NCBI GenBank assembly: GCA_965214705.1
Contig: OZ243972.1
Span: 2,144,001 to 2,208,000 of the forward strand
DNA: 64,000 nucleotides
Origin: Alphaproteobacteria bacterium
GTDB lineage: Bacteria > Pseudomonadota > Alphaproteobacteria > UBA828
Reading direction: 5' to 3'
Shown here piece after piece: positions 40,445-50,705 of the stretch. The notes beneath the pieces were generated by a model. That model was not told the origin of the DNA, did not search any database, and worked only from the letters and a program-made list of their open reading frames with translations. Position numbers and translations under genes: made by a program. Every line of letters begins with the position of its first letter. Positions within the stretch are counted from its first letter, which is position 1.

Positions 40445-41224
40445 ATGGACCTTGGAATAGAAGGACGCCGGGCGATCGTCTGCGCCGCGAGCCGCGGGCT
40501 CGGCCGTGCCTGTGCGCAATCGCTCGCGCGAAACGGTGTCGATCTCGTCATCAACGGACGCGACAGTGCGGCGCTCGAAGGCACGGCACGCGATATTCGC
40601 GAGGAGACGGGCGTCACCGTGGAGACCGTAGCCGGCGACATCAGCGATCCGGCCGTTCAGGCCGCGCTGATCGAGGCCTGCCCCGAGCCCGACATCCTGG
40701 TGAACAACAACGGCGGCCCGCCCCGCCGGGATTTCCGCGAGATCGACCGCGACGCCTTCCTCCAAGGCGTGGTGATGAACATGGCGACGCCCGTGGAGAT
40801 GATCCAGCGTGTGTTGGACGGCATGGCCACACGCGGCTTCGGGCGGATCATCAACATCACTTCGATCTCGGTGAAGATGCCGGTCCCCGGCCTCGACCTC
40901 TCCAGCGGCGCCCGCGCCGGCCTCACCGCCTTCGTCGCCGGCATCGCGTCCGGCGTCGCCGCCCGCAACGTGACGATCAACAACGTCCTGCCCGGCTATT
41001 TCGACACCGAGCGTCTGCGCAGCAACATCGCGTCCGGAGCCGAGGCGACAGGTGCCGAGCTCACCGCGTTCACCGAGCAGCACATGGCGTCGGTTCCGGC
41101 CAAACGCTTCGGCGATCCCGCCGAGTTCGGCGAGGCCTGCGCCTTCCTCTGCAGCGCCCAGGCCGGTTACATCACCGGCCAGAACCTCGTGATCGACGGC
41201 GGCCGCTGCGGCAGCGTCTGGTAG
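40445..41224 (+). CDS. SDR oxidoreductase
   Basis: MDLGIEGRRAIVCAASRGLG, NNGGPP. Confidence 0.9.
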   Translation: MDLGIEGRRAIVCAASRGLGRACAQSLARNGVDLVINGRDSAALEGTARDIREETGVTVETVAGDISDPAVQAALIEACPEPDILVNNNGGPPRRDFREIDRDAFLQGVVMNMATPVEMIQRVLDGMATRGFGRIINITSISVKMPVPGLDLSSGARAGLTAFVAGIASGVAARNVTINNVLPGYFDTERLRSNIASGAEATGAELTAFTEQHMASVPAKRFGDPAEFGEACAFLCSAQAGYITGQNLVIDGGRCGSVW

Positions 41225-41405
41225 ACCCTCTCTCCCCAATCCCGAGGCGCAGACGCCGCACAGTTCGCGCGCATTTTCTCGCTTCTGCGATGAGGCACCG
41301 GCAAACACCGACGCCGAATCGCGCTTTCGGTGCGTTGGACCTTATTGATCTTCTTTATGGCCAAATCCATAATGGCAATGTTACGAGGGAAAGGGATACT
41401 TGGTC

Positions 41406-42545
41406 ATGATCGAGTGGCTCGGTATTGAGCACTTTTTCGAGCTTACCGGGACAGAGAAGCTAGCGGGATTTTTCACACCGCTGGCGATCTTCATCGTCTT
41501 TTTCTTGCTACAGGTCATCCTTCCAGGAAAGTGGGTTCCCGGCTACGTCAGGGATCGGGAGACCGGCGAGCCCCGTAAGTACCGGCTGAACGGTATCCTG
41601 GTGTTCGTCATCGCGGTGATCGTGTGGGCCTTTGAGGCCACCGGGATGCCGCGCGACTGGTTCTACCGGACCACGTTGTATGCACTGGCCGGGGGAACGC
41701 TGTTCTCCCTGATCTTCACCTTGATCGCGGTCTACAGCCAGCCGCGAAAGGAGAAACGGAATCCCGTCGCGGATTTGTGGGTTGGGCGAGCTCAGGAGCT
41801 GGCGTTCTTCAAGTACCGCTTCGACGTCAAGATGTATCTCTATGTCGTCGGCGGAACCATGCTGGTTCTTAACGCCATGTCCGGAGCCGCGTACCACTAC
41901 GACCGCTTCGGCGAGGACGCCAACCCCGGCGTCTTCCTGTATGCGGCGTTCTTCACGTTCTACGTGTTCGACTACTTCATCTTCGAGCGCGTCCAGCTCT
42001 ACACCTACGATCTGATCCACGAGAAGCTCGGCTTCAAGCTGTTCTGGGGCGGTCTCATCGTCTACGGATGGCTGTATATCATGCCGTTGTGGGGATTGGC
42101 CGCCTATCCCGACCCCGGATTCTCGCCGGCATGGACGTATGTCTGGCTGATCGGAACAGGTGCGCTTTTCCTCGTCGGATGGGGCATTTCGCGTGGCGCC
42201 GCCATGCAGAAATACGCGTTCAAACGATGGCCCGACCGCAAGTTTCTAGGGTTCATTGCGCCCGAATACATCCAGGCCGGCGATCGCAAAATCCTGTGCA
42301 GCGGCTTCTGGGGCGCTGCACGTCACTTCAACTACCTGGGCGAGGGGTTCATTTGCGTGTCGATTGGCTTGGTATTTGGCCATTTCGACAATCCCTGGGC
42401 CTGGACCTACTTCGTCTTCATCGTCTCGCTGTTCACCATTCGCCAGATTGAGGACGAGGAGTACTGTGCCGAGAAGTACGGTCCCGAGAAGTGGGCGGAG
42501 TATCGGGCGCGGGTGAAGTACCGAATCTTTCCCGGCATCTGGTGA
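41406..42545 (+). CDS. ERG4/ERG24-family sterol reductase-like membrane protein
   Basis: YRLNG, TYDLIHEKLGFKL, SGFWGAARHFNYLGE, CAEKYG...VKYRIFPGIW. Confidence 0.85.
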   Translation: MIEWLGIEHFFELTGTEKLAGFFTPLAIFIVFFLLQVILPGKWVPGYVRDRETGEPRKYRLNGILVFVIAVIVWAFEATGMPRDWFYRTTLYALAGGTLFSLIFTLIAVYSQPRKEKRNPVADLWVGRAQELAFFKYRFDVKMYLYVVGGTMLVLNAMSGAAYHYDRFGEDANPGVFLYAAFFTFYVFDYFIFERVQLYTYDLIHEKLGFKLFWGGLIVYGWLYIMPLWGLAAYPDPGFSPAWTYVWLIGTGALFLVGWGISRGAAMQKYAFKRWPDRKFLGFIAPEYIQAGDRKILCSGFWGAARHFNYLGEGFICVSIGLVFGHFDNPWAWTYFVFIVSLFTIRQIEDEEYCAEKYGPEKWAEYRARVKYRIFPGIW

Positions 42546-42620
42546 GAGGGCTTCCTGCGGGGTCCATACAGGGCGCCCGTGATGAGCTGACCGGCGACGA
42601 GCGTCCGGCGTCGGAAATCC

Positions 42621-43457
42621 CTATTGCCGCGCCTTTCGGCAGACGATCTCGATGGGCACGGCACGATGCTCCCTCAGCGCCTGCGCCGAGTTCGCCATCG
42701 CCTCTTCGGCAAGCGCGCCGTGGATCAACGAGACGGCGCGGTGCAGCGGTTGTCCGCCGGCTTCGACCGTTGCGCGCGAGCGGGCGGCGTAGGCGAGCGC
42801 CGTCTCCGTCGTCTCCCGCAGAGTCTCGATGGCAAACCCCGAGGCCTCCAGGTTCTCTCGGGTCTCCGCCGGGGTCGCGAGAAAACTCGTCGCGGCGGTC
42901 CGCGCCCACGGCGTCGGGTAGTCTGGTGCGCCGCCCGGTCCCTGCGCCGCCTCCGACAGACTCAGCCAGCCGCCGGGCTTGAGCACGCGGTGGATCTCGC
43001 GATAGAGCGCGCACTTGTCGGCGATGTTCATGGAGACGTTCATCGAGTAGGCGCCGTCGAACACGGCGTCGCCGAACGGCATCGCCAGCGCGTCGCCCTG
43101 CTGGAAGGAGGCTCGGTCCGTAAGCCCAAGCAGCGTCGTCAGGTGCGTCGCGATGTCGCAGAATTCGGCGGTCAGATCGATGCCATCCACCCGGCAGCCG
43201 AAGCGTTCCGCCATGTAGCGCGCCGGCCCGCCGAGGCCGCTGCCGACATCGAGAATACGGTCCGTCTCTGCGATCTGGAGCAGGTTCGCCATGTCCTCGG
43301 TCGCCTCCAGGCCGCGGCCGTGGAAATGATCGTAGGGAGCTAAAGCCTCAGCGGTCGGGCGCGCCGGATCGGCTTCGTCCTCCCGCAGCCGTGCCTCCAG
43401 CCGCGCGAGCAGGTCGCCGCTCGTGTAATGGGCGGCAATATCGGAGGTCCCGGTCAT
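42621..43457 (-). CDS. class I SAM-dependent methyltransferase
   Basis: DHFHGRG, ILDVGSGLGGPAR, VLKPGG. Confidence 0.88.
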   Translation of the reverse strand: MTGTSDIAAHYTSGDLLARLEARLREDEADPARPTAEALAPYDHFHGRGLEATEDMANLLQIAETDRILDVGSGLGGPARYMAERFGCRVDGIDLTAEFCDIATHLTTLLGLTDRASFQQGDALAMPFGDAVFDGAYSMNVSMNIADKCALYREIHRVLKPGGWLSLSEAAQGPGGAPDYPTPWARTAATSFLATPAETRENLEASGFAIETLRETTETALAYAARSRATVEAGGQPLHRAVSLIHGALAEEAMANSAQALREHRAVPIEIVCRKARQ

Positions 43458-44587
43458 GGGGAGACCCCCGCGCGCTTTTGCGGCTTGAACACCCCCGCCA
43501 CGTCTTTGAGGCCGAGGGAGTTCGCCGTGAGCGCCAGGCTGGACCGAACCCTGCGGGGCAGAGGGATGCCTTCCGCGCGCCGGCGGGCTCGCATCTCCTC
43601 CTCCGGCTCGCCGGGGAGGCGCACCCGCTCGTGTCCCGGTGCGGCGCGAGCGCTGCGCACGAAGGCGACGTAACGGTCGAGCTCCGGCCACATCAGCTCC
43701 TCGGTGCCGAAGCGCGCAGGGTCGAGCAGGATGGAGAGCATGTTGTTCTCCAGCGTCTTGTGGCCCGCCCGGCCGCAGCCGCCGCCGGTGAGCGCGCCCG
43801 CGAGCAGCTCGCACATGATGCTGATGCCGGAGCCCTTGTGCTCGCCCATGGCGCGCACGGCGGCAGAGCCCGTGCGCTGGTCGTGGGGCTGGGTGCCGTC
43901 CAGGGAGCCGTAAATGGCGTTGGGATCGGTGGTGAGCGTGCCGTCCCGATCGATCAGAGCGCCCTCCGGCAGCGGCTTGCCGCCGTTGAGCGCGACCAGC
44001 ACCTTGCCCTCGGCCACGATGGACGTCGCGCAGTCGAGCACCAGCGGCGGCCCCTCCGGCATCGGCACGCCGAAGCAGACCGGATTGGTGGACATGCGCC
44101 GCTCGGTGCCGCCGAAGGGCGCCACCAACATGCCGAGCCCGCTGGTGTTGACGAAGTGGATCGAGAGCAGCCCGTGGGCGGCCGCAAGCTCGGCCCAGTC
44201 GCCGACCCGCCCCAGGTGGCCCGAGTTGCGCAGGCCCACGACGGCAACGCCGTACTCGCGCGCCTTCTCGACGCCCAGCGTGATCGCCTCTTCGCCGATG
44301 GTCTGGCCGAAGCCGTGGTCGCCGTCCAGCACTGCGACGGCGCCCGCGTCCATTACTGTCTTGATGTGCCGGCCGGCGTGTACGGCGCTGGTGTCGAGCC
44401 AATGGACATAGCGCGGCACCCGAATGACGCCGTGGCTGTCGTGCCCGGTGAGGTTGGATTCGACCAGATAGCGGGCGATGCGCGCACTCTCGGCCTTGTC
44501 GCAGCCTGCGGCCATGAAGATCGCGGCCACGGCCTCCCTCAGCCGCCCGGCATCGATCGCGAGGGCGTCTTGCTCGGCAACGTTCAT
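43454..44587 (-). CDS. Ldh_2-family dehydrogenase (YbiC/HcxB-like)
   Basis: GHDSHG, HLGRVG, STNP, GEHKGSG. Confidence 0.88.
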   Translation of the reverse strand: MNVAEQDALAIDAGRLREAVAAIFMAAGCDKAESARIARYLVESNLTGHDSHGVIRVPRYVHWLDTSAVHAGRHIKTVMDAGAVAVLDGDHGFGQTIGEEAITLGVEKAREYGVAVVGLRNSGHLGRVGDWAELAAAHGLLSIHFVNTSGLGMLVAPFGGTERRMSTNPVCFGVPMPEGPPLVLDCATSIVAEGKVLVALNGGKPLPEGALIDRDGTLTTDPNAIYGSLDGTQPHDQRTGSAAVRAMGEHKGSGISIMCELLAGALTGGGCGRAGHKTLENNMLSILLDPARFGTEELMWPELDRYVAFVRSARAAPGHERVRLPGEPEEEMRARRRAEGIPLPRRVRSSLALTANSLGLKDVAGVFKPQKRAGVSP

Positions 44588-44589
44588 TG

Positions 44590-45681
44590 TCAGGCTCCGG
44601 ACGGCGGGCGTGGGTCGGGCGGCGGGCGCGGCTCGGTCTCGCCCCAGGCGACGCGGCCGTCGGTGGACAGCATCACCGCGATGGGCCGCGTGCGCGGGAA
44701 GTGGGCGAAAATGATCATCGCGATCACGGTGATAGGCACGCAGAGGAACATCCCCGGCACGCCCCAGATCGTACCCCACACGGCAAGCGAGATCAGGGTC
44801 GCGAAGGGGCTGATGTTGAGGGACGAGCCCATCAGCATCGGCTCCAGGAAGTTGCCGACGAAGACCTGGATCACCGCGAGGCTCGGCGTGACGATGAGGA
44901 AGGGCACGAAGGTGTCGAACTGGACCAGCGCCAGCAGGGCCGGGAAGAGGATGCCGAGCAGCGAGCCGATGGTCGGGATGTAGTTCAGCAGGAAGATGAT
45001 GACCACCCAGAACCCGGCGAAATCGAGGCCGACCGCCGCCAGCACGGCATAGCTGAGCCCCGCCGTGAGCGCGCTGGTGAAGGTCTTGATCCAGAGATAG
45101 TTCTGAATCTCCTGGGTCATGTGACTGAGGATCTTGTGGACCCGCTCCTCCCGCTCCGGGTCGGGGAAGAGCGCCTTCATCTTGCGGTCGAAGCTGCCCT
45201 GCTCGACGAAGAGGAAGAGCATGTAGACCAGGATGAGTCCGGCTTCGCCCGCGATCCCGGTCAGCGTTGTGGCAAGGCGGCCGACCACCGCACTGAAGTC
45301 GATGCGATCAACAATATCGGCGACATTCGGCGTTTCCTGCATCCCGAACAGCGCCGCCACCTCGCCGATCAGCCGCTGCAGATTGGCCTGATAAGTGGGA
45401 ATGGCATCGACGACGGCGCTGAAGTTGCCGCTCACCATCTCGGCCAGCGACATGACCGCCGCGACGACGGCGAGCGCCGTGAGCGCAAGCGCGGCCCAGC
45501 GTGGCGGGCGAACGCCGCGTATGCTGAGCTTCATGATCCCGCGCGCGATGGCGTTGATCAGGTACCAGGCCATGACCGCGATGGCGATCGGGATCAGGAT
45601 GTTCCGCCCGGAGATGAGGAGGTAAATGGTGAGGGCGGCGATGCCGGCCGAGGCGGCGAAGAGGATGAGGCGTGACTGCAT
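44590..45681 (-). CDS. AI-2E family transporter
   Basis: LNYIPTIGS, GNFLEP, WGVPGMFLCVP. Confidence 0.9.
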   Translation of the reverse strand: MQSRLILFAASAGIAALTIYLLISGRNILIPIAIAVMAWYLINAIARGIMKLSIRGVRPPRWAALALTALAVVAAVMSLAEMVSGNFSAVVDAIPTYQANLQRLIGEVAALFGMQETPNVADIVDRIDFSAVVGRLATTLTGIAGEAGLILVYMLFLFVEQGSFDRKMKALFPDPEREERVHKILSHMTQEIQNYLWIKTFTSALTAGLSYAVLAAVGLDFAGFWVVIIFLLNYIPTIGSLLGILFPALLALVQFDTFVPFLIVTPSLAVIQVFVGNFLEPMLMGSSLNISPFATLISLAVWGTIWGVPGMFLCVPITVIAMIIFAHFPRTRPIAVMLSTDGRVAWGETEPRPPPDPRPPSGA

Positions 45682-45762
45682 GAGGGGTGCCCGTGCGGAG
45701 CGCTCGCGGCATTGTTGGGCCGGGCCGGGCAACGGTCAACCGGCCGGGGCCGGGATGGGCGC

Positions 45763-46380
45763 ATGACCGGGGAGCCTGAAGAGCGACGGAGGCCGGGGCC
45801 GCTCCGCAGGCTCTACGACTGGACGCTGGCGCTCGCCGGCAAGCGGCACGCCATCTGGGCGCTCGCCGCCGTGGCCTTCGCCGAAAGCTCGTTCTTCCCG
45901 ATCCCGCCGGACTTGCTGCTGATCCCCATGGTGCTCGCGCAACGCGCCAAGGCGTGGCTGCTGGCGGGCGTCTGCACGCTCTTCTCGGTCGCGGGCGGCC
46001 TCTTCGGCTACGCCATCGGCTACTTCCTCTTCGATGCCTTCGGCGGCCCGCTGCTCGAGCTTTGGGGCCACGAGGACAAGCTCGCCACCTTCGAGCACTA
46101 CCGCGACGAGTGGGGCGCTTGGATCGTCGTCGCCGGTGGCTTCACCCCGCTCCCCTACAAGCTGATCACCATCGCGAGCGGCGCAGGCAAGCTCGACATC
46201 GGCGTGTTCATCATCGCCTCGCTGCTCGCGCGGGGGCTTCGCTTCTACATCGTGGCGGCGATTCTCTGGCAGTTCGGCCCGCCGGCCCGCGCCTTAATCG
46301 AGCGCCACCTGGGCTGGGTGGCGTTGGCCGCCGTCGCCATTCTGATCGCCGCGGTGCTGGCGATCCGCTTCGCCGGCTAG
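45763..46380 (+). CDS. YqaA/DedA family membrane protein
   Basis: FAESSFFPIPPD, FTPLPYK. Confidence 0.9.
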   Translation: MTGEPEERRRPGPLRRLYDWTLALAGKRHAIWALAAVAFAESSFFPIPPDLLLIPMVLAQRAKAWLLAGVCTLFSVAGGLFGYAIGYFLFDAFGGPLLELWGHEDKLATFEHYRDEWGAWIVVAGGFTPLPYKLITIASGAGKLDIGVFIIASLLARGLRFYIVAAILWQFGPPARALIERHLGWVALAAVAILIAAVLAIRFAG

Positions 46381-46997
46381 AACCGACGCTCAGCGATGAG
46401 CGCGTCGGGCATCTTCGCCTGGCGCAGGTACTGCGCCAGCATGTGCATGATCGACTGGTGGATGTCCTCGATCACGCCGTAGTTGTCGCCGTCCACGTGA
46501 AGGTTGACCGTGGCGAGCGGCGCCGAACGCCCGCCGTCGAAACCGGTGAGCGCGATGCTCTCCAGGCCGTTCGCCGCGGCCCAATCAAGCGCACGGACGA
46601 TGTTCTCCGAATCGCCGGAGGACGAGATGGTCATCAGCAGGTCGCCGGCGCGCGCTGCGGTCCCGAGCTGATAGAGGAAGCAGTCCTCGAAGGCGATGTC
46701 GTTGGCGATCGCGGTCACCATCTCCAGGTTCGCGCTCAGGCTCATCACCCGCGGTTGCACGCCGGTGTCGGTCTGCACGCCCTTGGCGACGTCGCAGAGT
46801 AGGTGGTTGGCGATCGCCGCCGAGCCGCCGTTGCCGCAGACGAAGAGCCATGCGCTGCGGTCGAACGCGGCATCGAGCATGTCCGCAGCACGGGCGAGCG
46901 CGGCGCGGTCGATGGAGGCACCGGCCTGCGCCAGCCGGGTCAGGTAATCGTCGCAGTAGTCCGCGATCGAGGGGTAGCCCTTGTCGGGGAAGGTCAT
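46377..46997 (-). CDS. SIS-domain protein (GmhA-like)
   Basis: CGNGGSAA, TAIAND, ISSSGDS, TGFDGG. Confidence 0.85.
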   Translation of the reverse strand: MTFPDKGYPSIADYCDDYLTRLAQAGASIDRAALARAADMLDAAFDRSAWLFVCGNGGSAAIANHLLCDVAKGVQTDTGVQPRVMSLSANLEMVTAIANDIAFEDCFLYQLGTAARAGDLLMTISSSGDSENIVRALDWAAANGLESIALTGFDGGRSAPLATVNLHVDGDNYGVIEDIHQSIMHMLAQYLRQAKMPDALIAERRF

Positions 46998-47070
46998 GGG
47001 TCCCCTGCGAAAAACGAAACCGATGTGCAGCGGCGGCGCGCAGGGCCTACACGCCGCCGCTTGGGTCAGG

Positions 47071-47598
47071 CTAGGGTGTGATGCCCTCGCTCTTCAGGCC
47101 GAGCACGCCCTGCTCCTCGATCAGCTCGAGGATCTGCTCGTCGTTGCGCATCCAGCGCCGCGCCTTCTTGTCCTTCGCCTCCAGGCCGCGCTCCTTGGCC
47201 CACTGGCGGACGAAGCCGTTGGCGCCCCGCCACTTGCCGCCCTCGGGCCGCACGAACTGCACCGCGAAGGTGGTAATGCCGTAGTTGGTCGTGAACAGGC
47301 CGTCGACCGTCACCCGTTGATTGCAGAAGGGGATGAGATCGACCGTCGGCCCGGTGAAGGGGCCCGCGTTCTTGAGCGGCAACACCAGGGTGCCGTCGTC
47401 CTGCAGCAGGCCGAGGAGCCGATTGCCGGCGCCGCAGTCCTCGGGACAGTCGCCGCTGAGGACGCAGAGCACGTCGGTCACCTTGGCGTCGAAGCGCGCC
47501 TCGACCTCGTCGGGCAGCCCCCAGCTGTTGGCGGCGGAGGCGACGCCGGCGGCCGCCATGGAGCCTGCGAACACGAGGGCAGCGATGAAGCGTGTCAT
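47071..47598 (-). CDS. exported hypothetical protein with Cys motif
   Basis: Signal-peptide-like N-terminus; DVLCVLSGDCPEDCG. Confidence 0.7.
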   Translation of the reverse strand: MTRFIAALVFAGSMAAAGVASAANSWGLPDEVEARFDAKVTDVLCVLSGDCPEDCGAGNRLLGLLQDDGTLVLPLKNAGPFTGPTVDLIPFCNQRVTVDGLFTTNYGITTFAVQFVRPEGGKWRGANGFVRQWAKERGLEAKDKKARRWMRNDEQILELIEEQGVLGLKSEGITP

Positions 47599-47618
47599 CG
47601 TGCGATGGGCCGGCATGA

Positions 47619-48068
47619 CTAGAGCCCTCCCGGCTGAACGTCGAAGTCCTCGTGGGAGTAGTTCACGATCCCATGGTCTTCGACGATCTCGCTGACGGCG
47701 AGATAGTTGACGCTGTCGCGCTGGTAGAGATCGCCGGTGACAACGACCTCGTTGGTCTGCATGCGGAAGATCGCCTTGTTGCCGATCACGTCGGGATTGT
47801 TCTCCATCATGAGCACGACGTAGACCTCCTCGTCGTCCTCGCTCAGGATGCCGACCGGCACCCCGCCCCGCGCGCACCAGACCGCGCAGCGGTGATGGGC
47901 CGAGCCCGTCGCCCACATGATCTCGCTCAGGTAGCACCAGGAATCGATGACCTCGCCGGTCACCGTGATCCGCTGTGGCTCCGCCGCCGAGGCCGGTGCT
48001 GCGGCAACGGCCGCGAGCCCCATGCCTCCGGCGACCAAGCCTGCGGCCGCCAACCGTATCAAACGCAT
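47619..48068 (-). CDS. exported hypothetical protein with Cys/His motif
   Basis: Signal-peptide-like N-terminus; GEVIDSWCY...HHRCAVWCARGGVPVG. Confidence 0.7.
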   Translation of the reverse strand: MRLIRLAAAGLVAGGMGLAAVAAAPASAAEPQRITVTGEVIDSWCYLSEIMWATGSAHHRCAVWCARGGVPVGILSEDDEEVYVVLMMENNPDVIGNKAIFRMQTNEVVVTGDLYQRDSVNYLAVSEIVEDHGIVNYSHEDFDVQPGGL

Positions 48069-48359
48069 AGTCTTCACCCCCGCGTTGCGGTTTTCGTCGC
48101 GTAACGTTCCGCGCGCGATGGCGTCGCGCGCCTTGTTGCCATTGATATTGGTCCGGGCGGCGCTCTTCGCAAGAATGCCGATCGGGCCCAGCACGCGCGA
48201 GCGACACTAACAAGCTTCGCCCGCACTCGCCATGCGAGCGCCGGCTTCGACCGTGCAACAGTTCGTGAAGGGCCGCGGGCGTTTCGCGAGCGCGCCAAAG
48301 GGTCTACAACCCCGGCAGCGCGGCGATCGCTGCGGCGCACAGGCGGGAGGGTTCGGCCG

Positions 48360-49949
48360 ATGAGGGATTTTCAGCATCCGGGGCGGTCCATGGTCCACGG
48401 CACGCGCGGCATGGCGGCGACCTCGCACCCCCTGGCGACGGCGACGGCGATCGAGGTGCTGCGCGCGGGCGGCAACGCGGTGGATGCCGCGATCGCGGCC
48501 TGCGCCGTCCAGGGCGTGGTCGAGCCGCAGTCCACCGGCATCGGCGGCGACTGCTTCGCGCTCTATGCCCCTGGCGGCCGGGTGCCGCCCTACGCCATCA
48601 ACGGCTCAGGCCGGGCACCGGCGGCGGCGAGCGTGGACTGGTTCCGGGAGCAGGGCATCGACGCCATCGGCTTCGAAAGCGCGCACGCCGTCACCGTGCC
48701 GGGCGCCGTCGGCACCTGGGAGCGGCTGCTCGCGGACCACGGCACCAAGGGCCTCGACGAGGTGTTGCAGCCGGCCATCCGCTACGCCGAGGAAGGCTTC
48801 GTCGTCCACAGCCGCGTCGCCCACGACTGGGCGAATGCGGCCGATGACAAGCTCCACGCCTGCGAGAACGCTCGCGCGATCTACCTGCCCGGCGGGCGCC
48901 CGCCCGCCGCCGGCACCCTGCACCGGCTGCCGGCACTGGCGGAAACGCTGCGACTGATCGCGAAGGAGGGTGCAGCCGCCTTCTACAGGGGCGCCATTGC
49001 GGACGACATCGTGTCCCACCTCGCCGCCTACGGCAGCCTGATGACGGCGGACGACCTCGCCGGCTTCGAGCCTCAGGCGGTGGAGCCCATCAGCGCCAAC
49101 TACCGGGGCTACGACATATACGAGTGCCCGCCCAACGGGCAGGGCATCATCGCGTTGCTGATCCTCAACATGCTCGAAGGCTTCGAGCTTGCCGGGCTCG
49201 ACCCGGTGGGCGCCGAGCGGTTGCACCTGGAGGCCGAGGCGAGCCGCCTCGGCTACCGCGACCGCGCAGCCTTGATCGCCGATCCCGATGCGGTCAGCGT
49301 GCCGGTGGACGCGCTGCTCTCCACCCAATACGCCGATGCCATGCGCCGCCACATCGACCCAGCGCGCGCCATGCCCGCGGAACTGCCGCCGGGCTACCCG
49401 GCCCACGGCGATACCGTCTACCTCACCGTGGTGGATGGCGAGGGCAACGTGATCTCCTTCATCAACTCGCTGTTCGCGTCCTTCGGCACCGGGCTCTGCA
49501 CGCCGTCCGGCGTGCTGCTGCAGAACCGGGGCGCGAGCTTCGTCATCGACGCGGACCACCCCAACCGCATCGCAGGCGGCAAGCGGCCCATGCACACCAT
49601 CATTCCCGGCATGGTGGGCCAGGGCAAGCACGCCGTGATGCCCTTCGGCGTGATGGGCGGGCACTTCCAGGCCTGCGGCCACGCCCACTTCCTCACCAAC
49701 GTGATCGACTACGGCATGGACCCGCAGGCGGCGCTGGATTGCCCCCGCGCCTTCCACTTCGGCGGCGTCATGGCGTTGGAGACCACCATCGCCGAGACGA
49801 CCGCCCGGCGCCTCGCCGCCCTCGGTCACGATGTCGCGTGGGCGGCGATGCCCCACGGCGGCGGTCAGGCCATCGCGATCGAGCGCGAGACCGGCGTGCT
49901 GACCGGCGGCTCCGACCCCCGCAAGGACGGCTGCGCCCTGGGGATTTGA
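48360..49949 (+). CDS. ggt: gamma-glutamyltransferase family protein
   Basis: GGNAVDAA, GIGGD, GDTVY nucleophile, KRPMHT, SDPRKDG. Confidence 0.92.
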   Translation: MRDFQHPGRSMVHGTRGMAATSHPLATATAIEVLRAGGNAVDAAIAACAVQGVVEPQSTGIGGDCFALYAPGGRVPPYAINGSGRAPAAASVDWFREQGIDAIGFESAHAVTVPGAVGTWERLLADHGTKGLDEVLQPAIRYAEEGFVVHSRVAHDWANAADDKLHACENARAIYLPGGRPPAAGTLHRLPALAETLRLIAKEGAAAFYRGAIADDIVSHLAAYGSLMTADDLAGFEPQAVEPISANYRGYDIYECPPNGQGIIALLILNMLEGFELAGLDPVGAERLHLEAEASRLGYRDRAALIADPDAVSVPVDALLSTQYADAMRRHIDPARAMPAELPPGYPAHGDTVYLTVVDGEGNVISFINSLFASFGTGLCTPSGVLLQNRGASFVIDADHPNRIAGGKRPMHTIIPGMVGQGKHAVMPFGVMGGHFQACGHAHFLTNVIDYGMDPQAALDCPRAFHFGGVMALETTIAETTARRLAALGHDVAWAAMPHGGGQAIAIERETGVLTGGSDPRKDGCALGI

Positions 49950-50030
49950 GGAGGGCTGGTTCGCCGGGACAATGTACGAAGGCCGTACAGTTGATCATAG
50001 TATTATCTGACATGCAGAATTAATTTAGTG

Positions 50031-50705
50031 ATGAAATTAGAAGAGAAAAATTCAGAGAGGAGTGCGATTCGCCTATTGTATGACAACATAATCGACTTTA
50101 AGGGTGCCGCCGAGCATGTCGAGTCAGAAATCAGACGTCTCGGTATACTTTACGACAGTTGGGAGGAGATGCCTGGCACTGAGGGCCGCATTCATCACGA
50201 AATGTGGGTGTCGTACAAGACCGTCTCACACTTCAACATTGGGACGGCACTGGAGTTGATGCTCAAACTAATCCTCCATCTCCAAAGTATTCCTTGGAGC
50301 GATATCCCTAAAGGCCAACGTCACTCATTGACTCGTTTATACGACAAGATGCCTGCTCAACATAAAGATTGGCTTGAAATCAAATACAGAGCTACCAAGA
50401 GAGGTCTTCCAGAAGGCCTAGCATTTTTGGGATTTGTTAATAGGTCACCGGATGCGCCTGGACCCGAATATAGCGCACCAAGCCGAGAAGTGTATCGCCT
50501 CAGAGGGTTGTTAGAGTATTTGGACGAAAATGCAAAATTGTGGAAGACGCGTTATTCATGGGAATCGATGCTAGAAAACAACTGGCGCTATTATTTGAAT
50601 GATGTTTCAGTCCTTTCAGAACTGATTGATCGCGTCTTGAGCGAAATACCCCGAGACAATCCAGTGTTGAAATTAGAGTCGGCGACAAAAGTGCCTAGAA
50701 AATGA
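50031..50705 (+). CDS. low-GC orphan, HEPN-like fold suspected
   Basis: ALELMLKLIL...HSLTRLY...KTRYSWE pattern; composition differs from neighbours. Confidence 0.5.
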   Translation: MKLEEKNSERSAIRLLYDNIIDFKGAAEHVESEIRRLGILYDSWEEMPGTEGRIHHEMWVSYKTVSHFNIGTALELMLKLILHLQSIPWSDIPKGQRHSLTRLYDKMPAQHKDWLEIKYRATKRGLPEGLAFLGFVNRSPDAPGPEYSAPSREVYRLRGLLEYLDENAKLWKTRYSWESMLENNWRYYLNDVSVLSELIDRVLSEIPRDNPVLKLESATKVPRK

